Shown: one piece after another, positions 12,509 through 26,086 of the stretch
Position numbering within the stretch: position 1 is the first letter of the stretch
How the letters are laid out: each line of letters begins with the position of its first letter
NCBI RefSeq assembly: GCF_009931435.1
Contig: NZ_CP043414.1
Reading direction: 5' to 3' (one strand)
DNA length: 64,000 nucleotides
Origin: Escherichia coli
GTDB lineage: Bacteria > Pseudomonadota > Gammaproteobacteria > Enterobacterales > Enterobacteriaceae
The notes under the pieces: model-generated
Databases searched by the model: none
Told to the model about the DNA's origin: nothing
Seen by the model: only the letters and a program-made list of their open reading frames with translations
Translations under genes and position numbers: made by a program

Positions 12509-12537
12509 CTGCTGATTCCTAAGCAGTAAATTCTGTT

Positions 12538-12567
12538 AACCCGCCTTTAAAAGGCGGGTTAATTTTT
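12538..12567 (+). terminator. intrinsic terminator after gltA
   Basis: hairpin aacccgcctttaaaaggcgggtt followed by aattttta. Confidence 0.7.
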
Positions 12568-12900
12568 ATCTACCTAAACACAAAAAAATGTAAAAATAAA
12601 ATTAATTAACCGGCTGACATTAATATTGCAAAATAATAGAATTGTTCATTTTATCGGCAAAATAATAAATTTTAATTAAGGTATCTGCTTTTAGTTACAT
12701 TTATAACCTCATGAAAATGAGGTATATCTCTCTCATTCCCCCCGATAACATTCATTAAATTATTAATTCATCACATCAATTAGTTAACCTTGCATTTAAT
12801 ATAATTAATAATATTTTTAAGTAAAACTAAAAACATTCGACAATCAAATAAGATATTCTGATATCGCTATACTTTTTCTATTTCTGTAAAGGACTCAGTT

Positions 12901-13467
12901 ATGTTTAAAGGACAAAAAACATTGGCCGCATTGGCCGTATCTCTGTTATTCACTGCACCGGTTTATGCAGCTGATGAAGGTTCTGGTGAAATTCACTTTA
13001 AAGGTGAAGTTATAGAAGCACCATGTGAAATACATCATGATGATATTGATAAAGAAATTGAGCTAGGTCAGGTGACCACCAGCCACATTAATCAGTCTCA
13101 TCACAGCGATGCGGTTGCTGTCGACCTGCGTTTAATCAACTGCGACCTGGAAAACTCTAATAACGGTTCCGGTGGTAAGATTTCCAAAGTTGCGGTCACC
13201 TTCGATAGCTCAGCGAAAACTACTGGCGCAGATCCGATACTCAACAATACCAGCACTGGCGAAGCCACCGGTGTCGGCGTGCGTTTAATGAATAAGGATC
13301 AAAGCAATATCATTTTAGGCACTGCTTCTCCGGATATCGACCTCGCACCAACGTCCAGTGAACAAACACTGAACTTCTTTGCCTGGATGGAACAAATTGA
13401 TCAAGCGACACCAGTAACGGCAGGGGCTGTTACAGCGAATGCAACCTACGTACTGGATTATAAATAA
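12901..13467 (+). CDS. ybgD: fimbrial major subunit-like protein (chaperone-usher family)
   Basis: 188-aa ORF with signal peptide MFKGQKTLAALAVSLLFTAPVYA; AT-rich upstream region; position next to gltA. Confidence 0.85.
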   Translation: MFKGQKTLAALAVSLLFTAPVYAADEGSGEIHFKGEVIEAPCEIHHDDIDKEIELGQVTTSHINQSHHSDAVAVDLRLINCDLENSNNGSGGKISKVAVTFDSSAKTTGADPILNNTSTGEATGVGVRLMNKDQSNIILGTASPDIDLAPTSSEQTLNFFAWMEQIDQATPVTAGAVTANATYVLDYK

Positions 13468-13516
13468 GCGTTATTGGGCGGCATCACTGCCGCCTTTCTT
13501 AAAATATTTATCTGGT

Positions 13517-15976
13517 ATGGACACCGTGAATATTTATCGACTCTCTTTTGTATCCTGCCTGGTCATGGCGATGCCTTCCGCCATGGCGGTTGAATTCAAC
13601 CTGAATGTCCTCGACAAATCGATGCGTGAGCGCATTGATATTTCATTATTAAAGGAAAAAGGTGTCATTGCTCCCGGTGAATATTTTGTCAGCATTGCGG
13701 TAAATAATAACCAAATCAGTAATGGGCAAAAAATTAACTGGCAAAAAAAGGGTGACAATACCATTCCGTGCATCAATGATTTATTGGTCGATAAATTTGG
13801 CTTAAAACCTGAAGTCCGTCAGTCGTTACCCCTGATTAATCAGTGCGTCGATTTTAGCTCCCGACCAGAAATGCTCTTCAATTTTGATCAGGCCAGTCAG
13901 CAACTGAATATCACCATCCCACAGGCCTGGCTGGCGTGGCACTCAGATAACTGGACTCCACCCTCCACATGGAAAGAAGGTGTCCCCGGTGTCCTGATGG
14001 ATTACAACTTGTTTGCCAGCAGCTACCGCCCACAGGATGGCAGCAGCAGCACTAATCTTAACGCCTACGGAACAGCCGGAATTAACGCGGGGGCATGGCG
14101 CTTACGCAGTGACTATCAGTTGAATCAAAATGATGGCGATGATAACCATGAGCAGTCAGGCGAAATATCACGTACCTATCTTTTTCGCCCGCTACCGCAA
14201 TTAGGTTCAAAATTAACCCTCGGCGAAACGGATTTTAGTTCCAATATTTTCGACGGTTTTTCTTATACCGGCGCGGCACTGGCGAGTGACGACCGGATGT
14301 TACCGTGGGAACTGCGCGGCTACGCTCCACAAATTAGCGGTATTGCACAAACCAATGCCACCGTCACCGTGAGTCACTCAGGGCGAGTTATTTACCAGAA
14401 AAAAGTCCCGCCAGGCCCGTTTATCATTGATGATCTGAATCAGTCCGTCCAGGGGACGCTGGATGTCAAAGTGACGGAAGAAGATGGTCGGGTGAACAAT
14501 TTCCAGGTTTCGGCAGCATCGACGCCTTTCCTTACGCGCCAGGGGCAGGTTCGCTATAAACTTGCTGCCGGTCAGCCGCGAACATCTATGTCTCATCAAA
14601 CTGAAAATGAAACCTTTTTTAGCAATGAAGTTTCCTGGGGGATGCTGTCAAATACCTCGCTGTACGGCGGCCTGCTGATTTCGGGTGACGACTACCATTC
14701 TGCCGCAATGGGTATCGGGCAAAATATGCTCTGGCTTGGTGCATTGTCGTTTGATGTCACCTGGGCCAGTAGTCAGTTTGATACTCAGCAGGACGAGCGG
14801 GGCTTAAGTTACCGCTTTAATTACAGCAAACAAGTGGATGCCACTAACAGCACGATTTCGCTCGCCGCTTATCGCTTCTCAGATCGTCATTTTCACAGCT
14901 ACGCCAACTATCTGGATCACAAATACAACGACAACGATGCGCAGGACGAAAAACAGACGATCAGCTTATCCGTGGGGCAACCAATTACCCCACTGAACCT
15001 CAATCTGTACGCCAACCTGCTGCATCAAACCTGGTGGAATGCAGACGCCTCCACGACCGCCAACATCACGGCGGGTTTTAATGTTGATATTGGTAACTGG
15101 AGAGATATCTCGATCTCGACGTCATTCAATACAACCCATTACGAAGATAAAGATCGCGACAACCAGATTTACCTGTCGATTTCGCTTCCCTTCGGTAACG
15201 GTGGTCGGGTCGGTTATGACATGCAAAACAGTAGCCACAGCACCACACACCGCATGTCGTGGAACGATACGCTGGATGAACGAAATAGCTGGGGGATGTC
15301 TGCTGGACTACAATCCGACCGTCCGGACAATGGAGCCCAGGTGAGCGGTAACTATCAGCACCTGAGTTCAGCGGGTGAGTGGGATCTTTCTGGTACTTAT
15401 GCTGCCAATGACTACAGTTCTGTTAGCAGCAGCTGGAGTGGTTCTTTCACGGCGACGCAATATGGTGCAGCCTTCCATCGCCGCAGCTCCACCAATGAAC
15501 CACGCCTGATGGTCAGCACCGATGGCGTGGCAGATATTCCGGTTCAGGGCAATCTCGACTACACCAACCATTTTGGCATTGCAGTGGTACCGCTGGTTTC
15601 CAGTTATCAACCTTCCACCGTGGCCGTGAACATGAACGACTTACCCGACGGCGTGACGGTGACAGAAAACGTCATCAAAGAAACGTGGATTGAAGGCGCA
15701 ATAGGTTACAAATCACTGGCATCCCGTTCCGGTAAAGACATTAACGTCATCATTCGCAACGCCAGCGGTCAGTTCCCTCCCCTCGGTGCGGATATCCGTC
15801 AGGATGGCAGCAGCATTAGCGTGGGGATGGTTGGCGAGGAAGGACACGCCTGGTTAAGCGGAGTCGCTGAGAATCAAAAGTTTACCGTGGTCTGGGGTGA
15901 TAGTCAGCGTTGCTCGATCCATCTTCCTGAACATATGGAAGACACCGCAAATCGCCTGATTTTACCTTGTCATTAA
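13517..15976 (+). CDS. ybgQ: fimbrial outer-membrane usher
   Basis: ~819-aa product within ORF 13439..15976; start chosen at MDTVNIYRLSFVSCLVMAMPSAMA (alternative starts possible). Confidence 0.85.
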   Translation: MDTVNIYRLSFVSCLVMAMPSAMAVEFNLNVLDKSMRERIDISLLKEKGVIAPGEYFVSIAVNNNQISNGQKINWQKKGDNTIPCINDLLVDKFGLKPEVRQSLPLINQCVDFSSRPEMLFNFDQASQQLNITIPQAWLAWHSDNWTPPSTWKEGVPGVLMDYNLFASSYRPQDGSSSTNLNAYGTAGINAGAWRLRSDYQLNQNDGDDNHEQSGEISRTYLFRPLPQLGSKLTLGETDFSSNIFDGFSYTGAALASDDRMLPWELRGYAPQISGIAQTNATVTVSHSGRVIYQKKVPPGPFIIDDLNQSVQGTLDVKVTEEDGRVNNFQVSAASTPFLTRQGQVRYKLAAGQPRTSMSHQTENETFFSNEVSWGMLSNTSLYGGLLISGDDYHSAAMGIGQNMLWLGALSFDVTWASSQFDTQQDERGLSYRFNYSKQVDATNSTISLAAYRFSDRHFHSYANYLDHKYNDNDAQDEKQTISLSVGQPITPLNLNLYANLLHQTWWNADASTTANITAGFNVDIGNWRDISISTSFNTTHYEDKDRDNQIYLSISLPFGNGGRVGYDMQNSSHSTTHRMSWNDTLDERNSWGMSAGLQSDRPDNGAQVSGNYQHLSSAGEWDLSGTYAANDYSSVSSSWSGSFTATQYGAAFHRRSSTNEPRLMVSTDGVADIPVQGNLDYTNHFGIAVVPLVSSYQPSTVAVNMNDLPDGVTVTENVIKETWIEGAIGYKSLASRSGKDINVIIRNASGQFPPLGADIRQDGSSISVGMVGEEGHAWLSGVAENQKFTVVWGDSQRCSIHLPEHMEDTANRLILPCH

Positions 15977-15990
15977 TTAAGGAAATGAAA

Positions 15991-16722
15991 ATGACATTTA
16001 TGAAAGGACTTCCCCTTTTGTTGTTGGTTACCAGTCTGTGTAGCCACGCTGCACTACAACCCGATCGCACTCGCATTGTGTTTAACGCTAATGATAAAGC
16101 CACCAGCCTGCGAGTAGATAATCGTAGCGATAAACTCCCCTACCTCGCTTATTCCTGGCTCGAAAATGAAAAAGGGGAGAAAAGCGACGATCTTCTGGTC
16201 GCCCTGCCACCGATACAACGTCTGGAACCGAAAGCAACAACGCAGGTGCGGATAGTCAAGCAAGCCTCGACCGCGAAATTACCGGGCGATCGCGAAACGC
16301 TATTTTTCTACAATATGCGTGAAATTCCTCCCGCCCCGGAAAAAAACAGCGACCATGCCGTTCTGCAAGTCGCCATCCAGAGCCGTATCAAGGTGTTCTG
16401 GCGACCGTCTGCATTACGCAAGAAAGCAGGAGAAAAGGTCGAACTGCAGTTACAGGTCAGCCAGCAGGGCAATCAGCTTAGCTTAAAAAACCCTACTGGC
16501 TATTATCTGACCATCGCGTATCTTGGGCGAAATGAGCAAAGCGTTCTCCCGGGCTTCAAAACTGTGATGATTGCGCCTTTTAGTACAGTAAGCACAACCA
16601 CTGGAAATTATAGTGGCAGCCAGTTTTATCTCGGTTATATGGATGATTATGGCGCATTACGCATGACAACGCTCAACTGTAACGGGCAATGCCGTTTACA
16701 GGCTGTGGAGGCGAAGAAATGA
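15991..16722 (+). CDS. ybgP: fimbrial periplasmic chaperone (PapD-like)
   Basis: ORF 15967..16722; start taken at [20 protein letters not shown]; overlaps usher stop. Confidence 0.85.
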   Translation: MTFMKGLPLLLLVTSLCSHAALQPDRTRIVFNANDKATSLRVDNRSDKLPYLAYSWLENEKGEKSDDLLVALPPIQRLEPKATTQVRIVKQASTAKLPGDRETLFFYNMREIPPAPEKNSDHAVLQVAIQSRIKVFWRPSALRKKAGEKVELQLQVSQQGNQLSLKNPTGYYLTIAYLGRNEQSVLPGFKTVMIAPFSTVSTTTGNYSGSQFYLGYMDDYGALRMTTLNCNGQCRLQAVEAKK

Positions 16723-17780
16723 GTGCTGGCAAGGGATTGTTGCTCATCATCTGTCTGTTATTTCTACCGTTAAAATCTGCGCTTGCCCTGAACTGTTACT
16801 TTGGTTCATCCGGTGGTTCGGTAGAAAAATCGGAATCTATTCAACCATTTGCTGTACCAGGGAATGCCAAACCCGGCGATAAGATCTGGGAGTCTGACGA
16901 TATTAAAATTCCCGTCTATTGTGACAACAATACCAACGGCAACTTTGAGAGCGAGCATGTCTACGCCTGGGTAAACCCGTACCCGGGAATTCAGGATCGC
17001 TATTATCAACTCGGCGTAACTTACAATGGTGTTGATTATGATGCTAACCAGGGAAAAAGCCGCATCGACACTAACCAGTGCATCGACAGCAAAAACATTA
17101 ATATTTATACCCCTGAGCAGATCATCGCGATGGGATGGCAGAACAAAATTTGCTCTGGTGATCCCAATAATATTCATATGTCGCGTACGTTTCTCGCTCG
17201 CATGCGGTTATACGTCAAGATACGAGAGATACCGCCGCATGATTATCAAAGCACGCTCAGCGATTACATTGTGGTGCAATTTGATGGCGAAGGAAGCGTT
17301 AATGAGGACCCTACCGCCCAAAACCTGAAATATCATATTACCGGTCTGGAAAACATTCGGGTATTGGATTGCAGCGTCAATTTTTCTATTACCCCAGCCA
17401 ACCAGGTCATTGATTTTGGTAAATTTAATGTACTGGATATCCGGCGACACAACATGACAAAAACATTCGGTATTAAAACGACAAAATCACAAAACGATCA
17501 ATGTACCGACGGATTCAAAGTCAGCTCCTCGTTTTATACCGAAGAAACGTTGGTTGAAGAAGATAAAGCATTGCTGATTGGTAATGGTCTGAAGCTACGT
17601 TTACTGGATGAAAACGCCTCGCCCTATACCTTCAACAAATACAGCGAATATGCCGACTTCACCAGTGACATGCTGATCTACGAAAAAACCTATACGGCTG
17701 AACTTTCGTCTATTCCCGGCACTCCCATTGAGGCTGGCTCCTTCGATACCGTGGTGCTTTTTAAGATTAACTATAACTAA
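16719..17780 (+). CDS. ybgO: fimbrial adhesin-like tip protein
   Basis: ORF 16689..17780; start taken at [23 protein letters not shown] (353 aa); last gene of the chaperone-usher operon. Confidence 0.75.
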   Translation: MSAGKGLLLIICLLFLPLKSALALNCYFGSSGGSVEKSESIQPFAVPGNAKPGDKIWESDDIKIPVYCDNNTNGNFESEHVYAWVNPYPGIQDRYYQLGVTYNGVDYDANQGKSRIDTNQCIDSKNINIYTPEQIIAMGWQNKICSGDPNNIHMSRTFLARMRLYVKIREIPPHDYQSTLSDYIVVQFDGEGSVNEDPTAQNLKYHITGLENIRVLDCSVNFSITPANQVIDFGKFNVLDIRRHNMTKTFGIKTTKSQNDQCTDGFKVSSSFYTEETLVEEDKALLIGNGLKLRLLDENASPYTFNKYSEYADFTSDMLIYEKTYTAELSSIPGTPIEAGSFDTVVLFKINYN

Positions 17781-17930
17781 TTTCCCATGATGCCCTTTGC
17801 AACCGAAAGGGCATCTCTTTCAGAAAATTGCTGATTTTCCCCTTTTCCTTGATTGCTGTTATTTTTTCCTGGCCCGGCTTTCTTTATGCTGTATCGATAC
17901 ACCAAAGAGAAAATAATGAGGAAGCGAAGG

Positions 17931-18977
17931 ATGCCAGTTTTGCAGTGGGGAATGTTATGTGTGCTTTCACTTCTCCTTTCTATTGGCTTCCTCGCGGTAC
18001 ATCTTCCGGCGGCACTATTACTTGGGCCAATGATCGCCGGAATCATCTTTAGTATGCGCGGAATTACTCTGCAACTTCCCCGATCCGCTTTTCTCGCCGC
18101 CCAAGCCATTCTTGGTTGCATGATTGCGCAAAACCTCACTGGTTCGATTCTCACCACGCTAGCCGTTAACTGGCCGATTGTGCTAGCCATTTTACTCGTG
18201 ACGCTGCTTTCCAGTGCCATCGTGGGCTGGTTACTGGTGCGCTATAGCTCACTGCCTGGAAATACCGGTGCCTGGGGTTCTTCGCCAGGCGGCGCGGCTG
18301 CGATGGTTGCTATGGCACAGGATTACGGCGCAGATATTCGTCTGGTGGCGTTTATGCAATACCTACGAGTGCTGTTCGTCGCGGGGGCGGCGGTACTGGT
18401 TACGCGGATGATGTTGGGTGATAACGCTGAAGCGGTTAACCAGCAGATCGTCTGGTTCCCGCCAATGAGCATTAATCTCCTGCTTACGATTTTGCTCGCG
18501 GTCGTTGCCGGTACGGCGGGATGCTTGCTACGTCTTCCTTCCGGCACGATGCTCATCCCGATGCTGGCAGGCGCGCTGCTCCAGTCTGGTGAGTACATAA
18601 CCATCGAACTACCGGAATGGCTTCTGGCGATAGCCTATATGGCAATTGGCTGGCGGATTGGTCTTGGTTTCGATAAACAAATATTACTGCGAGCATTGCG
18701 TCCACTGCCACAAATCCTGCTGTCGATTTTTGCTCTGCTGGCTATTTGTGCGGGTATGGCGTGGGGGCTGACCCGGTTTATGCATATTGATTTTATGACT
18801 GCCTACCTCGCCACCAGTCCCGGCGGGCTTGATACCGTGGCGGTCATCGCCGCAGGGAGCAATGCCGATATGGCGCTTATTATGGCGATGCAAACCCTAC
18901 GCCTGTTCAGTATTTTGCTGACGGGGCCAGCCATTGCGCGGTTTATTTCAACCTATGCGCCGAAGCGGTCGGCCTAG
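17931..18977 (+). CDS. abrB: AbrB-family membrane protein (putative regulator/transporter)
   Basis: ORF 17853..18977; start taken at [23 protein letters not shown] (348 aa), polytopic hydrophobic. Confidence 0.85.
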   Translation: MPVLQWGMLCVLSLLLSIGFLAVHLPAALLLGPMIAGIIFSMRGITLQLPRSAFLAAQAILGCMIAQNLTGSILTTLAVNWPIVLAILLVTLLSSAIVGWLLVRYSSLPGNTGAWGSSPGGAAAMVAMAQDYGADIRLVAFMQYLRVLFVAGAAVLVTRMMLGDNAEAVNQQIVWFPPMSINLLLTILLAVVAGTAGCLLRLPSGTMLIPMLAGALLQSGEYITIELPEWLLAIAYMAIGWRIGLGFDKQILLRALRPLPQILLSIFALLAICAGMAWGLTRFMHIDFMTAYLATSPGGLDTVAVIAAGSNADMALIMAMQTLRLFSILLTGPAIARFISTYAPKRSA

Positions 18978-19765
18978 TGCTGGCAGCCTGGACACCAGTA
19001 AAACGGGCGCGAGGACAACGTGGTTTTCTCAATGATGCTGCCACAACGTTCGCACGGTTCGCCATCACGATGAAAAACCTTAAAGCGAAACAGCGCCCCA
19101 TGATGTTTATTCTCATCCACCTGCCCCCGCGTAGCGTAAGAAAGTCGAGGAATCTCCAGTAACGCGTGTGCGAGTGCATCCAGTTGCGCCGCATTGAGAT
19201 CTTTCGCTTTATGATTGCCGGTTAACCCCACCTGCCAGAGGATCTCCACCCGCAAATAATTGCCAAGCCCAGCCAGAAACGCCTGATCGAGTAGTAATCC
19301 AGCAAACTGACGGTTACGAAAGCGCGGCGACAATAACCGTTCTTTCACCATTTCCGGCGTCAGATTCGGGTCGAGTACATCGGGGCCAACGCGTTGTAAA
19401 AACGGATGCGTGGTCAGTTGTTCCGGAGTCAACATCTCAATATCCGAGGCGCTATAAAGTAGAATGGTTTTGTCGACAGTTTGCAGTTTTACCCGCAATA
19501 CTCGCGTGGTCTGCGGCTCTTCGCCGGTATCAACCACGCGCCAGACGCCGTAAAGCTGATTATGGCTGTAGAGCGTTAACCCGTTGGAAAAATGAGTTAA
19601 CAACGCCTTACCTCGCGTTTCCACATGGGTAACGTGTTGACCGATAAGTTGTGATTGATAAGGTTTTAACTGCGGGAAGGCAAACCAGACATCAGTTAGA
19701 GGTTTGCCTTTGATCGCCGCCTCCAGGTTATCCGCTGCACGGCGGATCTCCGGGCCTTCAGGCAT
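18974..19765 (-). CDS. nei: endonuclease VIII (DNA glycosylase/AP lyase)
   Basis: 263-aa [26 protein letters not shown] with C-terminal zinc finger [25 protein letters not shown]. Confidence 0.95.
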   Translation of the reverse strand: MPEGPEIRRAADNLEAAIKGKPLTDVWFAFPQLKPYQSQLIGQHVTHVETRGKALLTHFSNGLTLYSHNQLYGVWRVVDTGEEPQTTRVLRVKLQTVDKTILLYSASDIEMLTPEQLTTHPFLQRVGPDVLDPNLTPEMVKERLLSPRFRNRQFAGLLLDQAFLAGLGNYLRVEILWQVGLTGNHKAKDLNAAQLDALAHALLEIPRLSYATRGQVDENKHHGALFRFKVFHRDGEPCERCGSIIEKTTLSSRPFYWCPGCQH

Positions 19766-19800
19766 GGTGATATCCTTTTTTCATTCTTTATTAAGCGGGG

Positions 19801-20535
19801 TTATGCTGCGACAACAATCCCCTTTTCGGCAAATGTAGAGCGTAGTCGGCGGGCGAACGCCAGTGCGTGTTCTCCATCGCCATGCAGGCAGACCGTTTGC
19901 GCCGTGACCGTTGCCCATTCGCCGTTGATACTTTTGACTCTGCCGTGTTGCACCATCTCCAGCGTCTGCGCCAGCGCCTGTTCTTCGTTTTCAATCAACG
20001 CGCCAGGCTGACTTCGCGGTACCAGTGAGCCGTCAGCCTGATATCCGCGATCGGCAAATACTTCCTCGCGCGTTGTCAGGCCATATTGCTTGCCTGCACG
20101 AATCAGCTCGCTTCCCGCCAGCCCAACGAGAATCAACGCCGGATCGCAAGCGTAAACTGCTCTGGCAATGGCGTCTGCCAGTTGTGCCTCTTTCGCCGCC
20201 TGGTTGTATAACATGCCGTGCGGTTTGACGTGACGCATCACGCCGCCTTGCGCGCGAGCAATAGCGGCCAGCGCACCAATTTGATACAGCGTTTGGGCGT
20301 AAACGGTTTCCGGCGGCAATTGCATGGCGCTACGGCCAAAATGTTCCCTGTCCGGAAAGCTCGGGTGAGCGCCAATGGCGACACCATTTTGTATGGCGTC
20401 ACGCACACAAGCCTGCATGGTTTGTGCATCGCCTGCATGAAATCCACAGGCAATATTGGCAGAGGAAACCAGCGTTAATAGCTCTGCGTCGCTGGCACAG
20501 CCTTCGCCCAGATCGGCGTTCAGGTCAATTTTCAT
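19801..20535 (-). CDS. pxpA: 5-oxoprolinase subunit A (LamB/YcsF family)
   Basis: 244-aa [39 protein letters not shown]. Confidence 0.9.
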   Translation of the reverse strand: MKIDLNADLGEGCASDAELLTLVSSANIACGFHAGDAQTMQACVRDAIQNGVAIGAHPSFPDREHFGRSAMQLPPETVYAQTLYQIGALAAIARAQGGVMRHVKPHGMLYNQAAKEAQLADAIARAVYACDPALILVGLAGSELIRAGKQYGLTTREEVFADRGYQADGSLVPRSQPGALIENEEQALAQTLEMVQHGRVKSINGEWATVTAQTVCLHGDGEHALAFARRLRSTFAEKGIVVAA

Positions 20536-21457
20536 TGTGCAGCCGCCACGCTAATTGTTCGAAATAACGTTGCTGATCTTGCCGCGCTTTCAGTGCCTCT
20601 TCCAGTGAACACTGGACAAAATGAATCGGCTGACCGAGCGGAATTTGCGCCAGATGGTACATATCAGCCTCAATGATACAGGCAATACGCGGATAACCAC
20701 CGGTGGTCTGTGCGTCGTTCATCAATACAATCGGCTGGCCGTTATGCGGCACCTGCACCACGCCCGGCAACAAACCATGAGATAACAGTTCGCGATCGGT
20801 GGTGCGTTTTAAAATTTGCCCCTGTAAGCGATAGCCCATACGGTTACTTTGCGGACTAAGCTGCCACGGCGAACGCCAGAATGCATCCTGCGAGGCGCGA
20901 TCGAACTCATGATATTCCGGCCCCGGCAAGGCGCGAATGCGGTTGCCCCACAGCAGCTGTTTAACGCCCTGCGCTTCCATAAAATCACGCTTCGATTTAC
21001 CCATCGGGAGTCGGTCACCATCCTTCAGTAAACGGCCTTCCAGCCCACCAATCCCCACTTTGAGATCGGTACTGCATGACCCCATTACCGGCGGAACATC
21101 AATACCACCCGCGACCGCCAGATAACTGCGCATCCCGTGCTGCGGGCGTTTAAGCGTTAAACGCTGGCCTGCTTTCATCGGCAATCGCCAGCCAGTCCAG
21201 ACGGCATTATCATCCAGCCGCGCTTCGCAACCTGCCCCCGTCAGGGCAAACCAACCATCAGTTTCGAACTCTACCGTTAACTGACCGAGCGTTATCTCCA
21301 GCGCGGGGGCATTGGCGTCATTACCCACCAGCAGGTTAGCAATGCGTAACGCAGGCATATCCAGTGCGCCGCAGTGGCTGATACCCGACTGGCGAAAACC
21401 GTGACGACCGCCATCCTGCACAGTGGTATACATGCCCGCACGAATAATCTTCAGCAT
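20525..21457 (-). CDS. pxpC: 5-oxoprolinase subunit C
   Basis: 310-aa ORF overlapping pxpA start and pxpB stop. Confidence 0.9.
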
Positions 21458-22107
21458 ACTCCCTCCTTCTGCGGTACAAAGCGCACGCTGTCTCCCGGAC
21501 GTAATAAGATGGGTTCGTCACGCGCCGGATCAAACAGGCTGAGTGAGGTATGACCAATCAACTGCCAGCCGCCCGGCGTTGCCAGCGGATAAACACCGGT
21601 CTGCGGCCCGCCGATCCCGACAGAACCTGCCGGAACGAGCAAGCGCGGTTCAGCGCGCCGTGGCGTGTGTAGTTGTTCCGGCAAACTCCCGAGATACGGG
21701 AAGCCCGGTTGAAAACCTAAAAACCAGACCACGTATTCCACAGAGGAGTGCAATTCAACAACCTGTTTTTCGCTCAATCCACAATGCGCCGCGACCACCG
21801 CCAAATCCGGTCCGCCTGCGCCACCGTAAACTACCGGAATTTCAATAAAACGAGACTCCGGCTCCAGCGCCTCACTCTCCTCCCACCAGCGTTGCAAACG
21901 CTCTATGGCATCCAGCGCCAGCGACTCAGGATTACGCAAAATCACCGTGATATTGTTCATGCCGGGAATGGCTTCAACCACATTCGGCATATCCACCAGA
22001 CGCTGCGCCAGTCGCCAGATCCGTTTCTGGCTAGCCAGCGTCACCGGCGGTTCCAGTTCCAGCACTACCGCCGTTTCACCTATCAGATAACAACGCGCTC
22101 GTTGCAC
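21451..22107 (-). CDS. pxpB: 5-oxoprolinase subunit B
   Basis: 218-aa ORF; operon arrangement ybgI-pxpB-pxpC-pxpA. Confidence 0.9.
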
Positions 22108-22129
22108 TTTCGATCCCTCTGATTATTCG

Positions 22130-22873
22130 TTATGCAGGATTAGGAATATCAATAAAGGTCACATCAAGATCGGTATTTTCATTCAGCCACTCACTCAATG
22201 CGCGAATACCACCGCGTTCAGTGGCATGGTGACCCGCAGCATAAAAATGCAATCCCTGCTCGCGGGCTGAATGAATGGTCTGTTCAGAAACTTCGCCAGT
22301 AATAAAAGCATCCACGCCAAAACGCGCGGCGCTATCGATAAAACTTTGCCCGCCGCCCGTGCACCAGGCAACGCGCTGAATCACCTCAGGTCCGGTATCT
22401 CCACACCATAACGGCTTACGTCCCAGACGCGCTTCAATCCAGGAGGCTAGTTCCAGTCCCGGCACAGGCATGGTCAGCTCGCCCCACGGCACCAACGGCT
22501 CAATTTCGCCCATGACCGTGATCCCCAGTAACGCCGCCAGCTGTGCGTTATTGCCCAGCTCAGGATGTGCGTCAAGCGGCAAATGCCAGCCATACAGGTT
22601 GATATCATTCGCCAGCAAGGTTTTTAAACGGTTACGCTTCATGCCGCGAATGACCGGAGATTCGCCTTTCCAGAAGTAGCCATGATGCACAATGACCGCA
22701 TCCGCGCCCAGACGCACTGCCTCATCGAGCAAAGCCTGGCTGGCGGTGACACCGGTAACAATTTTTTGCACCGTCTCTTTGCCTTCCACCTGCAAACCAT
22801 TCGGCGCGTAATCACTAATCGCCGCGCTGTTCAGTTTTTCGTTAATCAGTTGTTCCAGTTCGGTGTTTTTCAT
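22130..22873 (-). CDS. ybgI: Nif3/GTP cyclohydrolase 1 type 2 family metal-binding protein
   Basis: 247-aa ORF MKNTELEQLINEKLNSAAISDYAPNGLQVEG. Confidence 0.9.
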   Translation of the reverse strand: MKNTELEQLINEKLNSAAISDYAPNGLQVEGKETVQKIVTGVTASQALLDEAVRLGADAVIVHHGYFWKGESPVIRGMKRNRLKTLLANDINLYGWHLPLDAHPELGNNAQLAALLGITVMGEIEPLVPWGELTMPVPGLELASWIEARLGRKPLWCGDTGPEVIQRVAWCTGGGQSFIDSAARFGVDAFITGEVSEQTIHSAREQGLHFYAAGHHATERGGIRALSEWLNENTDLDVTFIDIPNPA

Positions 22874-22960
22874 CTTCGCGCCTTCCGTATTCTGATAGCT
22901 ACACCGTTAACATAGCGTTACCTCGCCTGTTCGTCGATAGCCAATCTTTTGACATATTAA

Positions 22961-24625
<1,665 letters not shown>

Positions 24626-24640
24626 CAGGCCAGCACCGAT

Positions 24641-24673
24641 GCCTGATAAGACGCTTAATGCGTTTTATCAGGC
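24641..24673. repeat. REP-like palindrome between convergent dtpD and phr (likely bidirectional terminator)
   Basis: gcctgataagacgcttaatgcgttttatcaggc. Confidence 0.45.
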
Positions 24674-26086
24674 ACCTTTCTTCGCTTCTTCATACGCTGC
24701 CAGCGTTCGCAGCCTTGCCTCTTTGTGGTCAACTATCGGTTGCGGATAATCCAGCTTCACACCTGCTTTCTCTGCCCACTTCCACGGTTCATGCACCGCT
24801 TTCCCTGGTACATCGCGCAACTCTGGTAGCCACCGGCGAATAAACTCGCCCTCGCGGTCAAATTTCTCGCCCTGGGTTGTCGGGTTGAAAATACGAAAAT
24901 ACGGCGCTGCATCAGTACCCGTAGAAGCCGCCCACTGCCAGCCACCGTTATTGGCTGCCAAATCACCATCAATCAGCTGCGACATGAAATACCGCTCGCC
25001 TTCGCGCCAGTCGATCAACAAATCTTTCACCAAAAAGCTTGCTGTAATCATCCGTAGCCGATTATGCATCCAGCCAGTGCTGTTAAGCTGACGCATGGCC
25101 GCATCAACAATCGGGTATCCCGTTTTGCCTTCCTGCCAGGCCTTTAAATGCGCGGGATTACTTTGCCACTGTACGCGATCGGTCCAGGCAATAAAGGGGC
25201 GATGCTTACACAGTGACGGGTGATACGTCATCAAATGACGGTAGAACTCGCGCCAGATCAGCTCATTAAGCCAGACGCTACCAGCCCCGCCATCCAGCGC
25301 ATGCGGCTGTTCCGCCAACAGGCGATGCAGACACTGGCGAGGCGATAACCTACCCGTTGCAAGGCTTGCAGACAAACGGCTGGTGCCTTCCACTGCCGGA
25401 AAATCACGCTGCTGATCGTACTGACTCGCACCGTTCTGGCAAAACTGGCGTAATTGCGCAATCGCCGCTTTTTCTTCCACCGGGAAATGCGCGGTATCGA
25501 ATGACTGACGAGGGTAATTCAGCGTAATAGATGGCGCGGGATCTAATGATCCGCTACTCCGAACTTTTGGCGCAGCGACGCACTCCGGCATCCCTTCCCG
25601 CAGCCGTTTCAGCCAGGCGTTTTTAAATGGCGTAAAGACTTTGTACATCTCATGATTGCCAGTCATCACCGCCCCCGGCGGCAGGATCACGCTGTCATCA
25701 AATCCTTCACACACCACGTTACGCAGCGTTCTCTCAACCTGCACATCCCGCGCCCGCTCATTCACCTCATACTGATAGTTATAAAACAGATGGGTAACAC
25801 GGTTTTCCGCGCACACCTGTTTAACTATTTCGACGCTGGCGGCAAAGTCATCCACTTCATGAAACAGCAAAGGAATGCCTTTTTCCGCCAGCGCGATTTG
25901 TAGCCCGTTCAGTTGTGCATTGATAAATTCAGCCTGACGCGGCGACATATTATGCGCCGCCCACTGGCGTGGTGTAGCGATATACAACGCCAGCACGCGT
26001 GCAGACGAATTGCGGCAGGCGGCAGCAAGCGCGAGATTGTCGTGCAGACGTAAATCCTGGCGAAACCAGACCAGATGGGTAGTCAT
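24668..26086 (-). CDS. phr: deoxyribodipyrimidine photolyase
   Basis: 472-aa ORF MTTHLVWFRQDLRLHDNLALAAACRNSSARVLALYIATPRQW. Confidence 0.95.
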   Translation of the reverse strand: MTTHLVWFRQDLRLHDNLALAAACRNSSARVLALYIATPRQWAAHNMSPRQAEFINAQLNGLQIALAEKGIPLLFHEVDDFAASVEIVKQVCAENRVTHLFYNYQYEVNERARDVQVERTLRNVVCEGFDDSVILPPGAVMTGNHEMYKVFTPFKNAWLKRLREGMPECVAAPKVRSSGSLDPAPSITLNYPRQSFDTAHFPVEEKAAIAQLRQFCQNGASQYDQQRDFPAVEGTSRLSASLATGRLSPRQCLHRLLAEQPHALDGGAGSVWLNELIWREFYRHLMTYHPSLCKHRPFIAWTDRVQWQSNPAHLKAWQEGKTGYPIVDAAMRQLNSTGWMHNRLRMITASFLVKDLLIDWREGERYFMSQLIDGDLAANNGGWQWAASTGTDAAPYFRIFNPTTQGEKFDREGEFIRRWLPELRDVPGKAVHEPWKWAEKAGVKLDYPQPIVDHKEARLRTLAAYEEAKKGA

